Below are positions 38,370 through 50,700 of a DNA stretch of 64,000 nt, piece by piece. A model generated the notes under the pieces. That model was not told the origin of the DNA. It searched no databases and saw only the letters and a list, made by a program, of their open reading frames with translations. Numbering within the stretch: position 1 is the stretch's first letter; each line of letters starts with the position of its first letter. The DNA is from Mytilus californianus (Eukaryota): NCBI RefSeq assembly GCF_021869535.1, contig NW_026262581.1, forward strand, positions 136,400,001 to 136,464,000, in the 5' to 3' direction. Made by a program: the position numbers and the translations under genes.

Positions 38370-38905
38370 GAGCGCTCATAAGGCAATTCTCCCTGTAATT
38401 AATATTTCCAAGGGGCATAACTCTTTTAAAAATTATTGATCGGCACTGATTTTCAAATTTGTCCAAGACATTGCTAATATAAACCTATGATTTAAGTTTC
38501 ATAAATTTCTGGCAAGAATTGTACATATGAGAGCGCTAACAATGCAATTCTCCATATAATTAAGGTTTCCAAGGGGCATAACTCTTTTAAAAATAATTGA
38601 TCGGCACTGATTTTCAAACTCGTCCAAGACATTGCTGATATAAACCTATGATATAAGTTTCATAAAAATCTGGCAAGAATTGTACACATGAGAGCGCTAA
38701 CAAAGTTTCCAAGGGGCATTACTCTTTTAAAAATAGTTGATCGCCACTGATTTTCAACTTGTCCAAGACTTTGCTGAATTAAACCTATGATATAAGTTTC
38801 ATACACGTGAGAACGCTCACAAGACTGGACGGACAGATGCACGGACGTACTGATGGACGCCCAGTATTTCCATGTCCCCCGCAACGCGTTGGGCACGGGA
38901 CAAAA
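38370..38905 (+). mobile_element. Pearl/CvA-like element, sister of 27420-27980
   Basis: Same core units, GGAC microsatellite and GTCCC..GGGAC end hairpin. Confidence 0.7.
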
Positions 38906-39713
38906 ATAAATAGTTTTGAGGATCATTATTTCCTATCAGAATGGCAGATTACCTTTTAAAAACAAATTAGGACACCTGTTGTGATTTGTTGATTAGCTTT
39001 GGGTCATAAACTTGTAATAAATAGGTCGCCAGGTAAAATTGTAGATGGACCCAATTACATTCAAATTTTGAATCTGGTTCCTTACCTGGAAGAAGAAAAA
39101 GTGTACAAATTATATCAAACAGTTTCACCATGACAAAGTTGTACATGAGAAACAAAAAAATACTACTAAAACATAATGGATCCCTTCGTCAAAGGGAACA
39201 TATAACATTCATCTTATACGGACTTTGTGCTCGGTCACAGGTAACAATTGCCTCATATTACAAACTATAACGATTGGGCATCAAGTGACAGTGTCATGTC
39301 CTTGAATAAAACTTCTAAAAAAAGTTATATCCTTGAACTTCTGAAGAATTACTTACCAATAATTTACTGTTTTAAGTTGACTTCTATTCTGTAGTCGGTT
39401 GTACGATGACTAACTATTTGTTTTAAGCGAGTCTGTTGTTTACATAAATAGTATATTCACGGTAAATGTCATTCTTACGAAACATGCTTATTTTTTCGTA
39501 CAGAGTTACTGGCCCTTTTTCAAACTGTGAAATGCTAAAACCTGATCTACGTAAATTCAGATTTTAATTTGGAATATTATTGCAATAAAAAAAAATGTAT
39601 TAATTATTATCAATCCATTAATAGTGATTTCAATGGTACCATTTCAATGTGTAGAATTGAATTCAAGACTTATAATTTTTTTTTATCAAAATTTATTATT
39701 AAAGGCGCTGCTG

Positions 39714-40234
39714 GATAACTCGGCCTAAAACAAACTCGGCCTAAAACAAACTCGGCCTAAAGCAAACACGGACTAAGTCTTACAGCAAACTCGGCCTAAC
39801 ATTATCTATATAATGAAATACAGTGAACAAACTCGGCCTGTGATATTTAGATCGTTTTTTTCACTGTTTTTTTTTACTTATTTCGTTTCTTTTCCTGACT
39901 GCAATTAAATTTGTACATTTTTTCCCATCCCAATCGTTGAATTTGTTTTTGAAAGAAATCGACATGACTTAAACGCAGACCGCAATGAGGACCCCAAATT
40001 GAACTGTGACGTAAACAGTAATTTGACATAACCGTTCGCAACAGAAGCAGGATACCAGGAGACTATATATACGTCTAGTATACGTATATCTCTTCGTGTT
40101 ATCTGTTCACCTGTAATAGTATAGTAGAAAGGTCGATTGCAGGATAAATTCTTCTATTAGTCCGATTTGTTATACACCGAGTTAGTTATAGTCCGATTTT
40201 GTTATAGGCCGAGTTTGTTATGGGCCGAGTTATC
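39714..40234. mobile_element. MITE-like element with subterminal AAACTCGGCC repeats
   Basis: GATAACTCGGCC at left and GGCCGAGTTATC at right, with repeated AAACTCGGCC / GGCCGAGTTT; TSD not resolved. Confidence 0.6.
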
Positions 40235-41710
40235 ATGGAGTCATTTACGGGATGAAGGAACTTTTTTTATAATCCACGGTGACATACACACTTCCGGTTA
40301 TTTGTTGGCGGCAACTTCAATATGGGGAAAACAAAACAACCTAAAAAATATTCTGAAGAAAACTCAAAAGAAAACAAAAAGACCAAACAAAGGTTCATTC
40401 ATGATGCTTAATTAGATAAGAGTTTCTCTTCGATAGAATTGAGTTCAGATATACATAGTTAAAACTGTTTTTGACTTGTCACCACTGACACCAGACTCAG
40501 TCTTCCCAGGAACATATATATTGACGGGACTTGACACTACCTAATTGTAGCCGATTTTATCGTCGGGTCATGGGTAACAAAGATACGATACGGAAACGGA
40601 CATGTGTTAAAAACGTACTCGCTATTATCCCAATAAATTCTGATAAATTATATCAATAAAATGTCATTCAAACTAGTTTTACAGTGATGCCAGTGTATCA
40701 AACTTGTATTCTGTCACTTCAAATTTTTTATAATCGCATTCATTTTATCACAGAATGGTACAGAATGCAAACAGGGAAACGAAAAAATGGCGCCGATTGC
40801 CTTCCCAAATTCAAAACATTATAAAACACTTCACATCAAATAAATCACACTTATTTCGGTAATTTTATATGTCAAAATGTATCTACTTTATGATAAAACT
40901 TGTATTTATTTACGATTAGAATTATGTGGTCAATTTATTGAGCAGTTCCGATACTGTTTTTCAGTCAGGCGCCACCAAAATCCATAAATCTCGCGAAGTC
41001 TCGTGGAGTCCGAGATTTTATCAATTTTATAACGAAAAGCCTATCAGATTCATTTCCCGTTAGATATACTGTTCCCAGGTCTTCCCAGGAACTTGTATCA
41101 GTTAAATACCCCCCCCCCCCCCCCACCAAAAAAAAATTGATAAACCTTCACTTGAACTAATATGAGACAGCTATCTGATGAGTGTCTGTCTACTTTTCAG
41201 TACTTGCTAGTCCAAATAATTTTGAGGTCTTGAAAATGAAAGGCTAATTTAATATTTTGCCGTGATACCTTCCTATGACTTTCCGAACCAATTTTTGCAG
41301 CTGGACTTCAAGAAGAAATTTTGCATTGAAATCTTCATGCCGGCAAGAAATTTGCATGTATAAAAATTTGAACCTTTTGTGTGCTTGGAGCAATCTATAA
41401 TTTTCCAGAAATATCCAAAAGTAATGATAAAATAAGTAAATAAGTTATGATTCCATCTGAGGAGAAGATGACTTCGACTTCTTCTGAATATGGGAGTAGA
41501 CTCCTACAGTACCATTTAAACAGATCGATTCGAGATCGTTTTTTTCCGATTTCCAAGGATTTACACCGCGTTCCGCGGATTATACTCCCAATTTCCTCCA
41601 AACATTCTCTCCCAACACTGCGTGGCTGTTAATTGGTTTATTGCCCATCGGATGTCCTAAAAATTAACGACGTGTGACAACATAATCGGATTAGCCAGAT
41701 TATTTACCTA

Positions 41711-42613
41711 CCGTTAAAAGGCTTGTATAGTCCGCGGTTTTATTCTCTGAAATTGAACCTGCCAGCAGGGGTGCGGACTATAGAGAACAATAAGCAAGAA
41801 ATAAGAAAAAAATTAATTTCGAGAGGTGGTTTATTTTCGTTCCGCCATGTTTGTTATTAATATTGTAGAGGGCGCTCTTATCATTTTTCAAACTAATAAT
41901 TTTACCTAATCCATATTAATAAGTTATTATTATTCAATATCAAATTAATATTGATAAATTTAAAAATTAAACGCTTCATAACAAATTTCTTGTTTCTTTT
42001 CAATGCATTGCTTATAAAATAAACTGGTATCTGCTTGAATGAAACTGTACAAAAAAAGTAAAAAAGACAACCGTAAACCAGCTTACGATGTGTAAATTAC
42101 AAAACGTAATCGGTTATTATACGTTCCGTTTTGGTGTTTCATAGTGACTAATATGTTATTTATTAGCTTAAAACCCTTCAAACATTAATGTGATAGATAT
42201 ATTTAACACTATTTTACATCAGGATGGAACTGTTTTACTTTCAAAGTCGTATTATATTGATATTTAGTATGTATGGATTCCGACTCACCATTTTTTTCTC
42301 TTCTTTTACACATGCTTTTCAAACTTCCAGTTTAAACATAAACAAGTTTCTAAATTGTTTTTTGTGTGATTTAGACTTATTTTAACAATCATGAAGGCTT
42401 TTAGAATCATTTACTAGCAGTTTCAGCTTCTGTTTGTTAATGGAAAATAGGTTTTTCCAAGGAAATACTGCATACGATCACACATGATTTAAAATTACCG
42501 GAGTTTCATTAGACCTTTTATAACAGTTACAAAAAGTTTTTTTACCAAAAATTTCGTGGGGAGAAGGGGGTGCGGACTATGTACCAGTGCGAACTATACA
42601 AGCCCGATTACGG
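41711..42613. mobile_element. Tc1/mariner(pogo)-like MITE
   Basis: TA|CCGTTAAAAGGCTTGTATAGT ... ACTATACAAGCCCGATTACGG|TA. Confidence 0.65.
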
Positions 42614-43329
42614 TATGTACATCTAATCGATCTTGATTGCACCTGTGTGCTTTAAAAACACTGTTTTAAAATTTTAACAAATGTTTTCCTTTCTTTGACA
42701 GATAAAGATGTGACATTATCATTCAGCATAAGATAATTATTCTTATATGTTTTTGCCCCATGTCATTGTCATTTGAAATAAAACGTACAAACGAATAAAA
42801 ATACGAAGAAAAAACTTATTTTGTATTTCTATTATCTGATTATAGTCCGGTCAGGTCATACTTTATGTTCTTTCAACAAAGACGATTTTACCACAATTAG
42901 AATCTTTTATGACTTACTCAGTAAGCAATTTCCGGTGCATATTTATTTTGCAATGTAAAATATTATGTTTCACTACCTCGGTACATGACCGACTTGAATT
43001 ATTTGAATTCCGAAAAGAAACTGTAAAGTGACAACTCTGTTGAACAAAGGGAATAAGTTTTGTATGCATGCCCTTTATTCATAAAAACAAAACACTGAGA
43101 GAAATTCCCCGCCCAGGCACAAAATTTTGGGAGGAATATCGGAGTTTCTCGGAGTGACTCCGAAATTTTCCTCGGTGTAGGGTGTGGGAGAGCTGGTCCG
43201 TTTGAATGGTACTGTAGGTAGGAGTGTAAAACTTCCCGGAAGTTGTGTGCTATGTACATACATGACATATGGACTTAATTAAAATTACTATAAACAATAA
43301 ATAAAATAGTCTATAGAATAACATATATA

Positions 43330-44000
43330 CATTATGTACAGTGGCTTTGGTGGTTTAATAAGTTGGTGTGGGTCTTTCAAATGTTAGAGTGGATATGCCA
43401 CTTTTGAAGGATTCCAGGGTGTCGGACATACCTATTGCTTCAGGTAGTGAATTCCAGTCAGAGATGGTGTTGGATAAAAAGAATATTTATAGAAGTCTTT
43501 ATTAGTAGCAATTTGCCGAAATTTATGTTGCCCCCTAGTACGTCTATCAGATTTTGTAAAATTGTCCTTTCGAACTACTACTAACCCCCAATTAATTTTA
43601 TATAGCATTGTTAATCTAGCTTTTTTTCGTCTATTATGTAAACTTTCCCATTGCTAAGAATTTATCATATTCGAAACTGCACCCAGTGTTCTGTCTTTAT
43701 AATCGTTATAGACAAATCTGGCTGCTTTACGCTGAATCTGCTCAACCTGAGTGATGTGGTGCTTTTTATACGGATCCCAAACAGGGGAAGAGTATTTGAC
43801 GACTGGACGGACAAGTGATGTGTACGTAAGGTTTTTAACCTTACGTGTGCAGTTTTTTAAATTTCTACGAAGAAAACCTAAGGTTTTAATTGCCTTACAG
43901 GTAATATTATTTATATGTGTTCCCCAGTCAAGATCATGGCTTATACTTACACCTAAATATTTACTGTCTGACAGATTCTAAAACATGATTATGCAATATA
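43330..44000 (-). mobile_element. Decayed LINE (CR1/L2-group) 3' fragment
   Basis: Minus-strand translation KYLGVSISHDLDWGTHIN..KTLGFLRRNLKNC..SLVRPVVKYSSPVWDPY..FFLSNTISDWNSLP with lesions. Confidence 0.85.
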
Positions 44001-44299
44001 TAATCAAAAGCAGAAGGGTTAATTTTTTTAGATATATGTACCCACTTCTTTTTTCAAATGGTTACACAGGTTTCCTAATATCCATCACTTGGGAAGAGTA
44101 TGAAATAAATTTTCAAACCCTAATTTCCAGAACATTCTATTTATATCATCTGGAAATTGAGGCCTGTCCAATTTCAAGAAGTTTGGTTTGTAATTTTTTT
44201 TTATAAAAATCAAAATAACTTCAATAGGTACATTTTGTAATTACTGAAATTTACTAATCAATAGAATAAGCTTTAATAAAAATCACTTGTTTAAGTAAA

Positions 44300-44490
44300 C
44301 TCATCATAGATACCAAGATTAACATTTTGTACGCCAGACACATATTTCTTCTCCAAAAGACTCATTAGTGATGTTTGAATCAAGAATGTTTTAAAAAGGC
44401 CAAATAAAGTGCAAAGTTGAAGAGCATTGAGGACCCCAATTCGAAAGGTTTTGCCAAATACAGCTTATTAGGTAATTATTCCTGGGGTGT
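44300..44490 (-). mobile_element. Decayed retrozyme-like repeat with mutated hammerhead
   Basis: Minus strand CA-CTAATGA-GTC-TTTTGGA-GAA-GAAA-TATGT-GTC-TGGCGT at 44331-44375 follows the type I hammerhead layout with core and stem mutations. Confidence 0.5.
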
Positions 44491-44734
44491 TAAAGTAGTA
44501 CTCCTGATTGAATAGCACAAGGTCATGTGATAGATAGGTTTTTCAGGATCATGGTACAGTGGACTTGTTAGCCAGGAATAAGTTAATTTCATGTCAAAAA
44601 TTTCCCTTTCAGTTCTTACAATAGTACAGTCAGACAGGATTTGTCAATGACTCTCATGACCAGATCAAGTCCATTGAAAAACATGATTTTTCATTTAAAA
44701 CATAAGATAAGTTTTAAATACACTTTTTTTACAG

Positions 44735-47700
44735 AAAAAAGAAGTTAACAGATGAAAATGATGGACGTGTACATATAAAATGGGCAGTGAGCCAAGATCA
44801 AACAGAGAGACTTTACAGTGAACTTGGTGTAGAGAATATTTCCGATGAGAGCTCCGATAGCTGTTACGCCTTAGAGTTAACACCAGCTGTTACAGTTAAC
44901 AAAGATAAACCAGTCGCTCCATGTGTATGATCAATTCTAAATATATAAAAAAAAAACAAGTTTTTTTTTTAAATATGAAAATACAACATTAAACTTTAGA
45001 AATAATTTATGCAAGCCATAGATTTGTTAGCCATTAATTTTCAAATTTTATCAAGATAGTTAGAGAGGATAAAAAATAAACAAATATAATTATAAAGGCA
45101 CAGGCCTTGTAAAAATGACAAAAATGTCTATGGCTTGCATGAATTATTTCGATTCTAATAGGACAGATACAGTCATTTTAAAAAAACTGAAGGGAATATC
45201 AGTATGGCTGTTCTACTTGACCCTTTGTAAAATAAAGATAAAATTTTTAAAATCTATGACTTTAATGAATTATTTCTTAAATTACCTCTATAAAAATGTG
45301 TTTACTCCGTATAATTCTAAACCAAAACATTTGAAAATTACTATTTTTTTAATCAGTTCTATTTACTGTCAAATATACAGTTGACATGTAGTAACTAAGG
45401 ATTGATTTTCAACTTTCAACACTATTGGCTATTTTGTGGTGGTCAGTTTTTATTGGTGGAGGAATCTGGAGAGAATCACGACCTTCGGCAGGAAAACTGA
45501 CAATCTCATAACTAAGGAGTTAGCCATCATGTTAACTTGCTGAAATCCATAAATGTGTGAATAATGCAATAAAATGGAAAATTAAACAACACCTACCTTA
45601 AAACTCCATTTTATGATAAATTATCCCAATTTGGACCGGACAAGTACCAGAATAACCTTTAGTTTGAGAGTTTTCATTCAAATGATATCATGTTTTGAAC
45701 GTGTTGTTTCAAAGTTAAAGCAGTAAGTCATATTAGAATGGCCTATAATGGGCACTCTTGCAAGTTATAATTGCGTTTTACTAAGAAGTTTATTGAAATA
45801 GTCGTCAAAAATATTAGAATTATGATGTAAAATTTAAAACTATTGAAAGCAAATATTATTGCTAAATATAAATTTTAACTCTCCTCAAGCTGGAGCAGAC
45901 ATTGTAACTGCATAGTTTCTGTAATCTGTAGCTCCCAAAAGTTTTAATCATCATTCAAATTTTGTGTAGTGATCACATACAGATTGTCATGAAACTTTAT
46001 AACAATTTGGACATCAATTCAAAAATATTTTACAAAAGTAATCATTCTTGTGTCCATGAAAGAATTAAGAAAATTCTGGAAAACTTGTCTGATTAAGATA
46101 TATTAAGAGATAAAATTTGTTGTAATTGTGAAAAACAGAAGATGTCACTGATGTGTGGTTTACTTGAATGAGGCAACAACTTAACAATACAAAAAGATCA
46201 AAAGACATCTAGACAAAATAGTCCAACAAATGACAGCTGTCAAGAACAAAATATGGAAAGCACTGTCTCATCCAGAGTGTAGTGTAGCGTTCAGTTGAAA
46301 ATTATGAACACAAATGGAATGCACAAGTAAATCCAATTCAAAATAGTGCTTCACACTGGAATACTGGTACAATTTGATATGACAACTATATACACAGATG
46401 TTAAAGAAATTTTTTCATTAGGACATTGTTTAAGTGCATTTTATTAGAATAACAAAAAAATTTGGATATATTTACTGAGTTGATTGATGTGTAAACTTGG
46501 CCTTTAACTAGCAAACTTAATAGTTCTGTGAGTAAATTGCGAGTTTGTGTATCAATAAACTTTGTAAAATAACATTGTTTCTTATTATTCCAATACACTT
46601 GCACTTCAATTATGTGCTGATATATTGATTAATTGTAGGCTCCAAGAATACTGCTTCCAAGCCAAAAGCCAAACCTAAACCACAGTTACACATCTGATGA
46701 CGTAGAACTTATATCTCCCTTGTCAACACCAAATAACAAAAAATTTCTTCATTATTGCCATGACGATAATGATGATGATGTTGATGAAGACAGTCAGTAT
46801 GGTATGTGATTGTTAGTTTCCTAACATAAGACAATTGGTTTAAATGAGGACTTTAGATTAATGCCATGTGATCGGATAGTGCCCCTATCTCTGTAGGTAA
46901 AAGAATCCTTATAATGACTCTCTTAAGCACCCCTAGACAACCTATTTCACAGGGAAATTTGTGTCACTTAATAATAATTTTGCTTTTTTTCTGTAATAAA
47001 CATGAGCTAGCTGTGACATTTTGCATGGCCTGAAAGTTTGGTCGTCATCTTATCTGGAATAAAATGAAAATAATTTAACTGTTTTGACGTTTGGGAAAAA
47101 TTACAAGGGAAACATACATTAACCTAAAAATGATTTCTTTTCATTTCAGATTATTTTGCAGAACTGTCAGATGAAGTTATCTTAAACATATTTAAATGGC
47201 TACCACGTTTTACTTTAGCAAAATGTGCTCGGGTTTGTCATCGATGGAGTAGACTTGTGTAAGCTACTGTGTAGATATGGATTTAATTAGACTAATTTTT
47301 TTTTATAGTTTTTTTTTTTCTCTGGTCAAAGTCAACAATTTAGAGTGTTGCATACTAGCTATACTAAAACTAAGTCAAAGAAAGAGGACATGAAAAAAAA
47401 ACAGATGAAAAGATAACTGTTCAAAACCAAAAAAATACATAAATAAAGCAACACAAACCCTGCTCCTGCTCCATTTACAGCACCTATTGTGCAGTGCTTT
47501 CATCAGCGTTCATCATTTACAGCACCTATTGTGCAGTTATTTCATCAGCGTTCATCATTTATAGCACCTATTGTGCAGTGATTTCATCAGTGTTCATCAT
47601 TTACAGCACCTATTGTGCAGTATTTTAGCCATTTACAAAAACAATCGTAATGACAAAAGAATTAAGATTAATTTCGATACTTAAATTTATAAAGTAAAGA

Positions 47701-50700
47701 ATTTTTATTAAATCTAATAAATTTACAGTGTGACATGTTTATGACAGAATAGAGACATTAAAGTAACTTGAACTGTAATATAAAGGTTAATTACTAATCT
47801 AGTTACATAGACTGTGGTCAAGATTAGGTACTGGTTTTTCTTGGACACCTGTTGTATTAAACATGCATGAAATATTTGCCACTGGATGTTTATCAACCAA
47901 CAATCAAACGTTTTATTAATTCTAAAACAGTGACTTAATATGCTCAATTTGCCTGTTATGCTTTGGTGTATATTACATCTGAACAATTGAAAAGTTGCTA
48001 CCCAAAATAATTAGCATTACTTTGTTTATCTTTGACACCAGTTAAGCAGAATCATCTTGACGTTTATTGACCTTATCAATAGCTGGTGCATGATAAATTT
48101 TAGGCCTTCTATAGTGCTCTTAATGATGGACAAAATTGGCTTTTGTTTGAGGTCTGTTGTTAAATTGTAAATTTATCATTCTAAGGTTTGGAAACATTGG
48201 TATCATGTAATTTAGTCATTTAGCCTCCAAAAACTATATTGTAATATTCTTTATTCTATGATGAATATACATTTAATGTAAATGTAAGATGTCAGGGCTG
48301 ATATGCATAAAACCACTTACGTTAAGATATTATCCAATCGTAGTACTAATTTATGGTAGGACATGAAGAAAAAATCGGTTCGTTCGGAACAAATCTTAAC
48401 TTTAGTAGTTATATGCATATCATCCCTGATATATACAAAAGAGACAGCAGCCTATCAACACAACAAAACCATAAAGGACATCTACGGTAGATACTATATA
48501 AAGTCCAACAAAAAACTTTAAAATTTAAACAATTGTTGGGGAGTGTTATTTACATCTCTTCTGTCTTATCCATTGACGTATACAACAGTACTGTAAGTAA
48601 GTCTGAAGTAAAACCTACTATAAACTAACATCTAGTTAGAAAATTATGGAAATTATCAATGTTTCAGTGCTGATGATCACCTTTGGAAGAGAATTGACCT
48701 TTCAAACAGAACCTTGTCACCAGGTGTACTAGGAAATGTTTTGCGACGAGGAGTGCAGATTCTGAGATTAGCTAAATCTGAGGTAAATACATGTTTCAAT
48801 TAATAAATCACAAAACCCCAACTCATGCCTTTACTTAAAGATAATTTTTTGATATTACACACAACAAAGCTTTGATGGGTTTAAATTATTTTTTGTAAAG
48901 TGGCAAAAGGAAACATATTACACTATTTGATATTTTGTATCAAGCTTCATGTGAGCACGCTGTACTGTGATGCATTCTCATTATCAACTTCCTGTTACCT
49001 GAATAGTGATAGCACAGGTATCAGAAGTGAGCAGTAGCTCACATTTCAAATATGTTTTATGTAACATTGAACTTCCATGACAGCTGTATAATATTATAAA
49101 ATGTAAAACAAAAAAATATGAATAATTCACTGTAGACTAACTTAGTAACTAATGATTATCTTCTGATTTTGTTAGATTGAAGGTCCTGTATTTATTTGTT
49201 CTCCGAAGGTACTCAGTTTTACAAGGTAAGTTGTACAAGGTATACATTCAAATTAGAGTGACTTAATGTTCAATCAAACTAAGAAAAGTACCGTTATTGG
49301 TTGAAATTGATAAAAGCTTTGTTTTAAAATCTTCACCAAAAAATTGATATTGTTCATGTTGATATATTTGATTGTTGTTCTTCATCTCAAATACAGAGTA
49401 AAAACTCACACCTCACTGCAAAGAAATATAACATGTTAAAACATAGATGTTAATATCAGTACTTTTAGAAAGGTGTTGTTTTTTTGTTTTTTAGGCTTAG
49501 TACACCTCTGATGAGTCCAGCCCTTTTCAACTAATTTTAACTGTTTACTCGTATATTATGCTGTTGCATCCTCCTCTCAGTATAGGGGAGGGTCGAGACT
49601 TTACAAACATGCATAACCTGCAATATTTTTTATGTGCGTTTCCAAAGCCAGGAGCCGGTGGCTTCCTTTCAAAAAACTTTTTTGTTTTATGTTATTGGAT
49701 CAAAAAAGTCGTTTGTTCTCTATTATGAATTATTTTCACTTAATATAGCTTACTGTGGGTTTGCTCATTGTTGAGGGCTTTACAATAACCTGTAATTGTT
49801 TACATTCTTGTCCTGGAGTTTTTAGGATAGTTTGTCTCATTGGAATTTATAACACTTTTTATCTTTATCTATTTTAAGCTTTAGGTATCCTGGAATTAAT
49901 AATTTTATTTTTTAAAAGAACAATACTTGGCAAAAAAATATAGATATAAAGATAACAATATTTTATAATTATAGCATGAAAAATAGTCTATATCTAACAC
50001 AGATGTTTAAAAATGACACAAATTTGACAACATTGAAATTGTTTTTTTTATAGATTAAGCAGAGTACAGTACTTAGATTTAAGTATGGCTTCCATTACAA
50101 CTCCAATTCTACAAGAATTATTATCTGTATGCACCCATCTTAAGAAGCTCAGTTTAGAACATTGTCCGCTCAATGATGAAATTTGTCGGTAAGTAAAAAT
50201 ACATTTTAAAATTTTGTTGGACAAGATGTTTATCACAGATTTCTTTCTGTTGCATTGGAGGAACTTTTTTAAGACCCCAGCCATCATATAATTAGAATTT
50301 TTATTTTACTCATAATTTGTACAAAATTCTAAGGAAAATGCAACCACCCATATTTAATAAATTTGAGTGACTCCCATCCCCCACTCGATAAATTTTAGAA
50401 AAACCCTCGGCAAAAATATTTGTTTTGCAGAAGTAGCAGTTACCAATGAACTTGCTTAATTGAATGAACAGATGACATGCAACCAAGTTTTACTAATACA
50501 ACAATTTAATGTTTTACAAACATCCTCTGAATAGAGTTTCTTTGTGATTTACTACAATGTACACATATTTGTCTATTCAGTGTAAAAAAGGTTTGGTCTG
50601 GCATTCAAATTGGAAAAGTGTTGCAAATATGGAGAAGTTCTTACCATTCTCTAGTGATTAGACTGTGGCTTAGGGTCCTAAATTACAAGTCAGTATGTAT

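Noticed and set aside
41395-43268. Short ORFs at 41395-41632 and 42999-43268
   Set aside because: They share an ATGGTACTGTAGG motif in opposite orientation, suggesting a repeat family; no recognisable protein or splice support
46140-46290. Possible extra SKP2 exon
   Set aside because: Stops in all three frames near its start; exons 44924 and 46639 already join in phase 0
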